Shown: in pieces, positions 12,601-24,101 of the stretch
How the letters are laid out: each line of letters opens with the position of its first letter
Numbering within the stretch: position 1 is the stretch's first letter
Source of the DNA: Lingula anatina
Taxonomy: Eukaryota > Animalia > Brachiopoda
DNA length: 64,000 nt
Direction: 5' to 3'
Assembly (NCBI GenBank): GCA_051362555.1
Contig: CM120640.1
Location: forward strand, 4,092,001-4,156,000
Position numbers and translations under genes: made by a program
The notes under the pieces: generated by a model
The model's input: the letters and a program-made list of their open reading frames with translations, nothing else
What the model was told of the DNA's origin: nothing
Databases searched by the model: none

Positions 12601-15600
12601 AAGGCTTTAACATCAGATCGTGTTATTGATTCAGTCTGTTAATCCAGGGATACCTCAGTTAGCATTGCTTTGTTGAGTTTTAAGCTTCAAACCACTTGAA
12701 TTATCTCATATCTCAATATAAAGGCACCTCCTTCAGCATCAGATACACAATAGAGCAAAATTCAATTATTGATGAGATGCTCCAAGAACTTCACTCAGCA
12801 TCAGTGTATTAATTTTATAATCTGCACATTTTAGTTGTTTTTAACAGTATTTACCATGTAACAGTGTCTTTCTTTATTTCTTTTTGACAATTGTTTCAAT
12901 TTAAATAAAAATAATATATATTTTAATTTTCTTATTATTTCAGAGGAATTATTTAGGTTTATGCTAATATAGCAATAAGTAGTTTAAACTTTTAAATATT
13001 TACCTGAAAAAATTAATGAAATTAGGTTTTAAAAGATTCATCAAAGGGTAAAACCAACATAAGCTTACCAATGATCACACATAATTCAAAGTATAGATAC
13101 TTAGTTGAACTTGACTGTCAAGTAATAAGGTTTTATGGTATGATTTAAACACCACGCTCAAAGTACAACTGTGATTTATAAAAAAAAAAAAAAAAACATT
13201 CTCGTTTCAGCTTCACTTCAGAATCCTCCCCAGCAGCAAGTATAAGCTAAACTATAACCTGTACCCCCTGGCTCCTGGTCATATCCCCCTGCCACGCCTA
13301 CATCTGAACATGCTCAGGTACCCTGGGACCATGGACGACATAGTACATAAGATGATACCTTCACATGTATTTATCATGGTAAGAAAAATAAAGTTCTCAT
13401 TAAGAGTTTGAACTCAAACAAATTTGGCTTGTTTATTATTGTACCACCAGCGTTAGCGCTGGCGGTACACATGGTTTCGGTCTCGTCCAGATCGTTCCGC
13501 CGGCTCCGCCGGCTCCGCCGGACGGCTACCGTTACCGCTTCTCCTCCTAGACGGTAAGGCCCCCCATACCCATCTCATGGATTTAGGTCACCTATAATCT
13601 CAACTCGTTCCACGTAAAATTTGGGCTTTGTCGGTATTGGGGTCTGGGTGTGGCACTCATTGCAATGCACCCTTGTCTAAAAATGGCAAAATTAAATGCT
13701 AATTATCTACCCTACGGAAGGAGTTATGGGAAAAATTTCTATAGACGGCTTTCCAAAAGTCATATGTGTAGATTTCAAATATACCCTTGGATTTGAACTT
13801 TGACCTTTACTTCAAGGTCAAATGGGCCAAAATTTTCAAAAAAATGAAATTTTTTACGAAAAAAAATTTTTTTGCCCTGTTATTCAGACACCACACAGAC
13901 TTAACCAATAATATTATTGGAAAGTGTTACCCTTCAGGTCATCTTTCATCTCCATGAATTTGGGGTCAATCGGTGCATTTTCACGGGAGTAGCGGCCATA
14001 AGATACCGAAACTGAAAACTGTCTCTAATTCGGGAACCGTTAATGCTAGAGACCCATTCTTTTTTGCATTTTGTAGAGCATGTAAAGCCCAACACTGGAG
14101 GTGGTCTCGGTTTTTTTGTATTCCATACGGTTTTCGAGTTACGCTGTATCAAAAAGTACATATTGGTGGTAAAAGCAAAATGTGCAGTACGGTAATGGAT
14201 AATAAACTTTGAACTCTGGAAAAATAAAACATAAGGCTTGGCAAAGCAGACAACTTGTGTTCAAAAATGACATTATTTCATCAAATTTGAACTTCTGAAA
14301 CTTCAGAGCACCTCCAATTTCAAGAATTTTGACCAAAATGACATTTTCTTTATTTTAATTAATTTTTTCTGTACGAAATTTAAGGCACATTATGGTAACT
14401 CCAAAATTATAACATTTAGTCCCTTATATCTCCAAAACTGGCAGAGATAGGTCTATAGTTACTATTGAAGTTGAATAGGAAGTCATATACTGGCAATCTA
14501 TATGTGACCTTAAAATTGACCTTTGACCTACTTTTCACCATGAACTGAACTTTGCAAATTTTTCTTCCCTTTTATCTCCAAAACTGGCAGAGATAGGTCC
14601 ATAGTTACTATTGAACTTGAATAGGAAGTCATATACTGGCAATCTAAATGTGACCTTAAAATTGACCTTTGACCAACTTTTCACCATGAACTGAACTTTG
14701 CAAATTTTTCTTCCCTTTTATCTCCAAAACTGGCAGAGATAGGTCCATAGTTACTATTGAACTTGAATAGGAAGTCATATACTGGCAATCTATATGTGAC
14801 CTTAAAATTGACCTTTGACCTACTTTTCACCATGAACTGAACTTTGCAAATTTTGCTTCCGTTTTATCTCCAAAACTGGCAGAGATAGGTCCGTAGTTAC
14901 TATTGAACTTGAATAGGAAGTCATATACTGGCAATATAAATGTGACCTTAAAATTGACCTTTGACCTACTTTTCACCATGAACTGAACTTTGCATGTAAA
15001 GCCCAATACTGGAGGTGGTCTCGGTTTTTTTGTATTCCATACGGTTTTCGAGTTACGCTGTATCAAAAAGTACATATTGGTGGTAAAAGCAAAATGTGCA
15101 GTACGGTAATGGATAATAAATTTTGAACTCTGGAAAAATAAAACATAAGGCTTGGCAAAGCAGACAACTTGTGTTCAAAAATGACATTATTTCATCAAAC
15201 TTGAACTTCTGAAACTTCAGAGCACCTCTTATTTCAAGAATTTTGACCAAAATGACATTTTCTTTATTTTAATTAATTTTTTCTGTACGAAATTTAAGGC
15301 ACATTATGGTAACTCCAAAATTATAACATTTAGTCCCTTATATCTCCAAAACTGGCAGAGATAGGTCCATAGTTACTATTGAACTTGAATAGGAAGTCAT
15401 ATACTGGCAATATAAATGTGACCTAAAAATTGACCTTTGACCTACTTTTCACCATGAACTGTACTTTGCAAATTTTGCTTTCCTTTTATCTCCAAAACTG
15501 TCAGAGATAGGTCCATAGTTACTATTGAAGTTGAATAGGAAGTCATATACTGGCAATCTAAATGTGACCTTAAAATTGACCTTTGACCTACTTTTCACCA

Positions 15601-18114
15601 TGAACTGAACATTGCAAATTTTGCTTCCCTTTTATCTCCAAAACTGGCAGAGATAGGTCCGTAGTTTCTATTGGACTTGAATAGGAAGTCGTATACTGGC
15701 AATCTTACTGTGACCTTGAAATTGACCTTTGACCTACTTTTCACCATGAACTGAATTTTGCAAATTTTGGTTTCCTTTTATCTCCAAAACTGGCTGAGAT
15801 AGGTCCGTAGTTACTATTGGACTTGAATAGGAAGTCATATACTGGCAATCTATATGTGACCTTCAAATTGACCTTTGACCTACTTATAATCATGAACTGA
15901 ACTCTGCTAATTTCTTTCTCTTTTAACTCCAAACATGGCAGAGATAGGTCCATAGTTACTATTGAAGTTGAATAGGAAGTCATATACTGGCAATAAAAAT
16001 GTGACCTTAAAATTGACCTTTGACCTACTTTTCACCATGATCTGAACTTTGCAAATTTTGCTTTCCTTTTATCTCCAAAACTGGCGGAGATAGGTCCATA
16101 GTTACTATTGAACTTGAATAGGAAGTCATATACTGGCAATATAAATGTGACCTTAAAATTGACCTTTGACCTACTTTTCACCATGAACTGAACTTTGCAA
16201 ATTTTTCTTCCCTTTTATCTCCAAAACTGTCAGAGATAGGTCCATAGTTACTATTGAACTTGAATAGGAAGTCATATACTGGCAATCTAAATGTGACCTT
16301 AAAATTGACCTTTGACCTACTTTTCACCATGAACTGAACTTTGCAAATTTTGCTTCCCTTTTGTCTCCAAAACTGGCAGAGATAGGTCCATAGTTACTAT
16401 TGAACTTGAATAGGAAGTCATATACTGGCAATCTAAATGTGACCTTAAAATTGACCTTTGACCTACTTTTCACCATGAACTGAACATTGCAAATTTTGCT
16501 TCCCTTTTATCTCCAAAACTGGCAGAGATAGGTCCGTAGTTTCTATTGGACTTGAATAGGAAGTCATATACTGGCAATCTTACTGTGACCTTGAAATTGA
16601 CCTTTGACCTACTTTTCACCATGAACTGAACTTTGCAAATTTTGGTTTCCTTTTATCTCCAAAACTGGCTGAGATAGGTCCGTAGTTACTATTGGACTTG
16701 AATAGGAAGTCATATACTGGCAATCTATATGTGACCTTCAAATTGACCTTTGACCTACTTATAATCATGAACTGAACTCTGCTAATTTCTTTCTCTTTTA
16801 ACTCCAAACATGGCAGAGATAGGTCCATAGTTACTATTGAAGTTGAATAGGAAGTCATATACTGGCAATTTACTGCGACCTTGAAATTGACCTTTGACCT
16901 ACCTTACGATGAACTTAACTTTGATTGTACCATTTTAAGTTATATATATTTTTTGCGTATTTTGAAAATTCTTGTTGATTGCATTTTTATAGCTTGTCAA
17001 GCATAAGACTGGTGGCTGTGTCCCTTATTTTGTGTATGTGGGGGTCTATACGAATGCGCTTGCTCCAGCTGGTGGTACAATATTCGGAGGCGGTATCGCC
17101 TCTCTGATCCTCTAGTTTATTTGAACATTTTTTGTGTCGCTTTTATTTCAACTTTTTGTAGGGAAATGATTATCTGTCATATCCCCCCATTTTTAATTTG
17201 CTTAACCAATTGCTTTCTTAACAGATTAATGTATTTAGAATAAAAGTCTTTTTTATTTTTTGTTTTTTTTTTATTGATAATAACTGCTTAAACGTTAAGT
17301 GTTTCAGATAGGACAAGTTCATTGAGTTTTTTTTTTTTTTTAATTTGGTACGCTCAGTGAGGTTCTTAGTCACCTGAGTGTTAACCATCCCGTCATTGCA
17401 CATTTATTCTTTTGAATAGATGGGCATGAAAAGATTGGCATAAAGATGAAATTATGATTTTTGTCAGGAAAATCTTTTAATGTGTTATTCATGGAATTCA
17501 TTCTCATTCTTTACCTTTTGGGATTTGAGGAGTTGTGTAAGCTAATATAACTGAGATAGGGAGGCTGTGAGTGTATTTCTTTTATTGCCTCATATCTTGC
17601 ATGCTCCATTTAATTAAAAATACCATATCTGAGGGAAGAGTTATTAAAATCGTGAGTGCACATTTTCAATTCAATCTATTACTTTTAAGACAGGCTGCAT
17701 GCTTGGTTTGTTCAGTAATCTAAAGATTACATTTGTCCAATAGCATACAAAACTCAAATGATTCCTGACAAAGAAAGAACATTGCCTGATTTCCAATATG
17801 AAAGCCTGATGAAGTTTTTTGAGAGCCTGGAGGCCAAGCTCACAATAAGGTGCTGCATACTCTGCATTGAAGCACCACTCAAATCAATATGTGTTATGAA
17901 GTAAACAAATTGGCCAATGAATGGTTATTGCTTGGTCTGAGATAATAAGGATAAATGTAGAGTCTGTGAAAAGTTGTCACAGTGGCAATTAAGAAAATGA
18001 ACTTGGTGTATTGACTTGCTATGGTAAAAGGAATCCATTTAGCTAAGTAATCCAGCTGCTGTCTGTTTTTTTTTCTTCCAGCCTCAAGGGAAAAGCAATG
18101 GTATAACAGTGTAA
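610..18114 (+). CDS. TRAPPC11: Trafficking protein particle complex subunit 11 (foie gras / gryzun family), about 1131 aa, 30 coding exons
   Basis: Exons read by hand: 610-810, 1171-1340, 1719-2004, 2343-2416, 2638-2734, 3080-3213, 3495-3636, 3867-3957, 4207-4286, 4497-4575, 4706-4760, 4934-5014, 5402-5466, 5977-6038, 6422-6557, 6780-6852, 7059-7116, 7411-7569, 8115-8314, 8601-8726, 8960-9009, 9230-9330, 9531-9590, 9862-9987, 10408-10515, 10784-10835, 11036-11141, 11394-11616, 13211-13378, 18082-18114. They sum to 3396 nt in one open frame. Recognisable motifs: [73 protein letters not shown]-terminal PQG. Confidence 0.95.
1516..1683 (+). mobile_element. MITE family C (CAGGGG..CCCCTG termini, 5-bp TSD), copy 1
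   Basis: Homologous to 27808-27945 (reverse) and 63412-63570. Flanks gatat / gattt. Confidence 0.75.
5467..5976 (+). other. U12-type (minor spliceosome) GT-AG intron in TRAPPC11
   Basis: 5' site |GTATCCTT at 5467. Branch motif CCTTGAC at 5958-5964, then AAG| at 5974-5976, with no polypyrimidine tract. Splicing restores the frame (T+AT = Tyr). Confidence 0.88.
6248..6350 (-). mobile_element. Fragment of HINE family B (3' end)
   Basis: actagaaaagcactca...acctc matches the ends at 26513 and 38946 (reverse complement). Confidence 0.55.
10221..10344. mobile_element. PIF/Harbinger-like MITE
   Basis: TIRs gcctctgtttcaca / tgtgaaacagggcc, flanked by CAG on both sides (a CWG TSD is typical of some Harbingers). 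Confidence 0.65.
13438..17115 (+). mobile_element. Helentron-associated (HINE / DINE-1-like) non-autonomous element family A, with internal satellite; in the last TRAPPC11 intron
   Basis: 5' subTIR ATTGTACCACCAGC folds with the adjacent GCTGGCGGTAC. Then a (CCGCCGGCT)n microsatellite, a central tandem array, 3' subTIR GCTGGTGGTACAAT, hairpin GAGGCG-gtat-CGCCTC, and a CTAG end in T-rich flanks with no TSD. Near-identical inverted copy at 42618-44526. Confidence 0.88.
14427..16923. repeat. 146-bp tandem satellite array (about 15 monomers in two blocks) inside HINE-A
   Basis: Monomer starts (TATCTCC) at 14427, 14573, 14719, 14865; then 15341, 15487, 15633, 15779, 15924, 16070, 16216, 16362, 16508, 16654, 16799. 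Confidence 0.95.
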
Positions 18115-19464
18115 TGGAAGCCAGCCTAAGGCAACATTGTTGTTTCTCTATTTTGTGGATGAGAAGAGTAAATTCATGAGATGCCAATGGAACATTTGGC
18201 AGGAAACATTTCGTGCAGACTAACATGAAAATGCGTGCATTAGCACTCCTGCTCGCATGTTTGATATGTATGAACCCATGACTTTTCACGCTACATGTAG
18301 AGCAGATCAAGATCTAGTATATATTCTTTTATGTATTGAATTTAAATGTCATTGCTTTTGTATTCATGTTGTGTTTTTAATGAAATCTGAATGTTAAAGA
18401 GAGGCTTTTGTGATATACATGGTGGGGAGAACTTCTAGGAAAGAATTATATACATACATAATTGAAGGAGAGGAAATCATACGTTTCAGGTTTTCTCTTT
18501 TATGGCATTAAAATGACATATTTTATTTAGATTGGTTATGTAATTTGAAAGCTTTTGGAAGTGTGATAATTTGTGTTGCATTCTCACCTGTATGTTTCCA
18601 GGATGTGGGTATCAGGTTTGGAAAAATTGTGATTTAGAATTTTTGATATTTGTTTCAAAGCTTCAGCAATATTATATGTTAATAATAAAAATTATTGCCA
18701 TTATCTGGCAAGCACTTAAGGATACTTTTAAGTTCAATTGTCCATTGAAAAAAGTCAATGAAGTTTATGCTTATCTAAAGAATTGTTATAATTATTTTTT
18801 TTTATTTTTTTATTTATTTATTTATTTATTATTATTTTTTTTTTTTTTTGGTGAAGCTGAATGGTCACTTATGTGTTATCATTTTTGGTATCAGTGCAAC
18901 AAAACATTCAAAAACACTGACTTTTCCTTATTCTTTGTACAATGCATGAAATGTTAATTATGTGTGCCATCATCATCAAGAAGGAATGTGGTGCTCTGCT
19001 GCATTTGTTACTGCCTTAAGTAAGTTAACACTATTTTCATTCTAACCTAAAAAAAAAAAAAAAAAAAAGCAATTTTACATCCACGTTTATCAGGCGCATG
19101 GTGTTTTGCAACTCTCTGTGGAGAGACATTGGATTATTTTGAAATCATTTAAGGAAGACGCAAAAACAGGGTAAAGTTTGTTTGAACTTTTGCGCTGAAT
19201 CCATCTGTATGTGAATACTTACTTTATTGCCTCCACCAAATTGTTCAGCTGAATGGTTTGTAACAAATAAAAACTAAGGAGTGCTGAAAGGTGTTCAGAA
19301 TGAATCCAGGCATGTGATGCCATAATCAATATCTTTTCATTCTGATAATAAATTGGGTATGGATATAAGGGTTTGGACTAACATTTAGAGTGGTTTTGGA
19401 TGTCACCAAGATATTGAAATGACATAACCAACAATAAATTTAATCTCATCCAGGTATAATATCA

Positions 19465-19467
<3 letters not shown>

Positions 19468-19519
<52 letters not shown>
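19468..19519. repeat. poly(T) tract
   Basis: About 50 consecutive T. Confidence 0.9.
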
Positions 19520-19520
<1 letters not shown>

Positions 19521-22505
19521 GAAAAATTTGGTGCATTTAGGCCATTTTTTTCTTCAAATTTTACAAACACAATTGGGAATTTAGTCTATCAACTGACTGA
19601 ATTTTATGACCTGTATTAAAAAAAAACACCTTGCTGCATATGATAAATCAGAAATGCATCTCAAGTTGATAGTGGTCAGTAATTGAGACAAAAAAAATTA
19701 CATTCTCTCAAGATGTAGCAGAATTTTTTGTTCTTATCAAAAAACGTTTATCCATAGGTCATAAACACATTCTGTGTTTGATTCTCAGCAGTGCAACCAA
19801 CAGCTGGCACACCAGAGCTTGGGTTAATTTTCAAAATGCTTCCAAACACAGAATTAACAGTTGCCATATGGGAAATATCTACAGAATGAAAAGCCAAGCA
19901 AAAAAAGGGGGAGGGGGACTTAATTTGTTGCCAGGTGTTCAAAAATTGAATTCACAGGGAAAACATCTTTGTGGGCTTCTTGTTTAAACATACATAAGTC
20001 TATCAAGTAGGAATTTTAAAGAAATTACTGACAATAAATAAATAAATGAATCATTAAAAATTCAAAACAAAAAGGCTATAATCAGTTTAATGTGAAGTAA
20101 GTACCCATACAGAAACTGCTGTATTAATGGTGGTTAAAGTGGGACAAAAAATCTAAATGCTTTCTCGTGATAAAAAATCTGGAGCTAATCAATAATTCAA
20201 CTAAAAACTGGCCAAACATCTACCGTGGTTTAGATGCCTGTATCTGTTTAAACACGTACATTGTACATCCATGTTTACTGTACAGTTATCTAGCTACCAT
20301 ACTGGTAATGTAAGTGCTTCCAAGTTGAATATCCCTGTAGAACATGGGAGACCACATACTGTTGTATTTAACGTGATCCATGAGTTTAAGACCACAAAAT
20401 AATGGTTAACTATGGCCAGCTGGGCAATAATGTCATTACTGAAAATCCATGCAAAAATTCTTGCTGGAGAGTAAAGTAATGTGCACAAATAAATATCTCT
20501 GTGGTCATTGTAGAGAGGAATAGTTTAAAACCATAAGTTACTCTTTTATACTTGGCTAACCAGAGTATTAATAGTACACAGATACAGATATGTATCTGAT
20601 GAAGGCATTCATTTTACGCACACACACACAATAAAAAAACACTAAAATAAAGAAAACTTTCAATACATATTTTGCTCATTCACAAACATATTAAGCAGAT
20701 AATACAAACAATGTAATTCACTTTGCTTTATTTCAAAAAGAAAAAGGCATGTTTAGGCAGCTAATGTTTAATCAATCAACTGCACTTTTCATTACAAATC
20801 ACTTCGCTTACCCAAATACACAAGTGTACATCACAAAATCATTTGGAAAATTAACACCCTATATATTGTAGCTAGGACACAATATTGCATCGTAGATTGT
20901 AGTATAAGTGACAATTGGCAAACTCCTATACCCAGCATATACATCATCATTTAAGTATACAGGGGTGTTGGTTTGAATAGAGGTATATTCAAAAAGACAT
21001 CTGGAGTTTTCAGGGTGCTGGTTAAAGTGTCCGACTCCAGAGGTATATGAAACTCAGGGTGATAGATTTCCCTAGATGGAATAAAAAAATGTCCAATGTA
21101 GTGTATGTACTAAATAAAAAGGTTATCACAATGTAAAGATAAAATTAAGTAGAGATATTTTATATTACTGCAATATTAGTGTTCATAAAACAAAACAAAT
21201 GTGTTGTTGACAGAGATGAAAAGTTCTCCCAGGAAGAAAACTAGTTCTAAAATGTGCTTAGACATTATTTTACTTTGCACAGGAAGAATGCCAGAATTAA
21301 TTATCTTGTAGCTTCTGGGTGATATACTTTTTCTAGACTGTCACAGACGTTCATTACACCTTCAAGCAGGATAGTTAACATTCCACACCAGGAAGGTCTC
21401 ATCTATAATTATGGCACAAATTGTGTCTGAATTCATAAAGAAGGATTGCTATTTTTACAATCCCTGGATTTTATTTTAATATTTTATTAATCCTAGGCAA
21501 AGTGTTGCTGATGAGAGCGTTAACCACATGCCTTTGTTGAATCATGATGTGCCAGAGGCAATACTGTGCAGCAGTATCAAAAGAAACTCCAGTGAATGGC
21601 AGAGGGCAATGACAGAGATAAAAACGCTTGGAATCACCCATGGCCAAAGCCTCACCATTTGGCATAAAATCAAGTTAAATTTTTATGAGATTTGGGAGAG
21701 AGTAGGGTTAGAAATAATGGCAGATTAGGTAATGCTGTATTGCAACGAATGACAGCTGACAGAATTTATCCACTGACATGATGGGAAATATTTACCATCT
21801 ACTGTAGTGCATAAAATTAAGCACGCATTCACCATGTTTTTTGTCAGTAGTAATTTGTATTCTACTGGTAGCACAACATTCCCAGCACATAAAGTTTCAC
21901 CCTTATGGCTGAAATGTTAACCCCACCTCACAGAGATTCTCATACATTTTTCAGTCTCGTATGATTCATGTAATCCCAAAAGCCTTGTTATAATTTCCAC
22001 TGAAGTTTGGTGTGTGGCTTATAATTATCCACCTAATGTGTAAAAAGGTACCAAGATTAGAGCTCAGCTCCAGTTTTCAAAACGACCTAGATAATGTCAA
22101 TCTTGATCACTGGTTTCCAAAAGCTACTTCAAACTAGAATACTGAAAGCTAATATAAGCATTCCATTACCATAATCACAATATTATTGACTAAATTCTGA
22201 TCCCATTTAACCATTGTCCATACTACTACAGTATAATTTACTAGTGCTTCTCATGTTCTTAATCTACAGAAATCACCTCTGATGAACATCTACTGATTTT
22301 ACAAACGAAAAAAAAAAAATTAAAAATTAAAATCTGACCACCAACATAAGATGCCTAACAGACTGAATGATGTGGGAATTTCTTTGGGATACAAGCTTTT
22401 GCTGACAAATACTGTGAATACTGAATAATGTTACTGACTGCAAATTCACATATCACGTCAAAATGTTCCACTTCAAGCATTATGCAAGATACTTTTCCTT
22501 TTCTA

Positions 22506-24043
22506 CTAAATCATTGCAATGGCAGCGCCAATGGCAGAATCAGTTCCTTGAACATAAGTAACAGGCAGACTATACAGTTTCTCAATTTCCCTCTGAATCA
22601 CTTTATTTTTGGTTAGCGCGGCACCACTGCCAACAATTCTCTTCACTCCTGCTCCAAGTAAAAAATCTCGTGGCATCATGGTGTGCAGATTGGTCACTAC
22701 TCCTTGGCACAATGCCAGCGTTACACTGCCAAGGCTTAAGTTGCTGGTATTGATATTACTGACAGTGGCGTGCTGATTTGGCATATGGCGTTCACCATAG
22801 ATTGTTGGGCTGATCACCAAATCGGTGCTCTCCTCTTCCTCTCCCTGTTCTAAAAGAGTAGCCCACACTTTGGTGTCTGGAACTGCATGACCTTGAAAGG
22901 GAAAGAGAGAGAGAGAGAGTAAAGAATTGTGCACTTGTTTTCCTTTTAACTTGAGAAATATATTAAAATGTTTCTTTTTGTAAGAATTCAATACCTTTAT
23001 TTCAATCTTGTTGTAAAACTAAGCAATACCTTTGCTAATGATAAACTAATTATAATAGCATGTGAAAGTACATGTAACAATTAAACCAATCTTACCAACA
23101 GAGATTGTGACAATGATCAACTTTCACAAGGAAAAAAACCTAGTCCTACCCAGTTCATGAGTCCATTGCTGTAGCATCTTCACAAAAGCCGCCATGACAT
23201 TTCCCCCTGTCAAACTGGCAGCCACTGCAATATAGGTGTCACTGAAGTAGGGGAAATACTCGATGGGTGATTTCAGGTCACAGGGGGGTGGCGTGAATCC
23301 CTTGGGCATCGCAAATGCCACCTGGGCAGAAGTGCTAATGTTTAAAACTGAAACAGTAGAAAAATGTTTTACCACTTAATACTGCTATCAGACAGCGTGA
23401 CTTTGTGTACTGGTTTTATATCTTATTCTAGCTATTAAGTGCATTTAATTTGAAAATATGTGAAATGTTTGATAAAATAAGGTTTGAATTCACTGACATG
23501 TGCCTCACGACTCAATTTCTCATTATCTTACAAAATCTCATGAAGCAGAGACATGCAATTTGAAGTAAACATGACACAATCTATTCAGCAAATGCCTCTT
23601 TTAGCAAAGAGCACACACTGTGAATCTATACAGTGTATCTATCTTTGGTTCCGGCTGCTTGACGACCTGAATAGATTGCATCAAGCATGTAAAGGTATTC
23701 TTTATGCTCCTTTCAAGTTCCAGTTGTCACATAAATTTTAGTGCTCTTTGAAATCTATCTCCAATCTTTCAGTAACTGGCAGAGAAGTAATGTTACCATA
23801 TAAATTATTGCCTTCCTTAAAATCATCTTGATTGAAAAAAACTGCAACATTACAAAACATCATACCCATATATGATGGGTACAAGAAAGGATTAATATTT
23901 TAGTATACTGTCTCTTACAGTAAATCAAATTAACTCCACTCCTTTGCAAACCACTTTTAGGGAAATTTATACAAAGGTGTTTTACAAAAGACATCACATT
24001 TATGATATTTATCACCTGCCTTGCAACTATGAAGTAACTTTAA

Positions 24044-24101
<58 letters not shown>

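Noticed and set aside
13946-16858. Repeated ORFs (MYFLIQRN.., MVKILE.., MTSYSTS..), also at 42877-44000
   Set aside because: Spurious translations of the HINE-A element; they recur only because the DNA is repeated.
14427-16923. CRISPR-like array
   Set aside because: The units are contiguous 146-bp satellite monomers with no unique spacers, there are no cas genes, and the context is a eukaryotic intron.
17894-18957. 128-138-aa ORFs around the TRAPPC11 last exon and 3' UTR
   Set aside because: Low-complexity AT-rich translations with non-ATG starts and no recognisable motifs.
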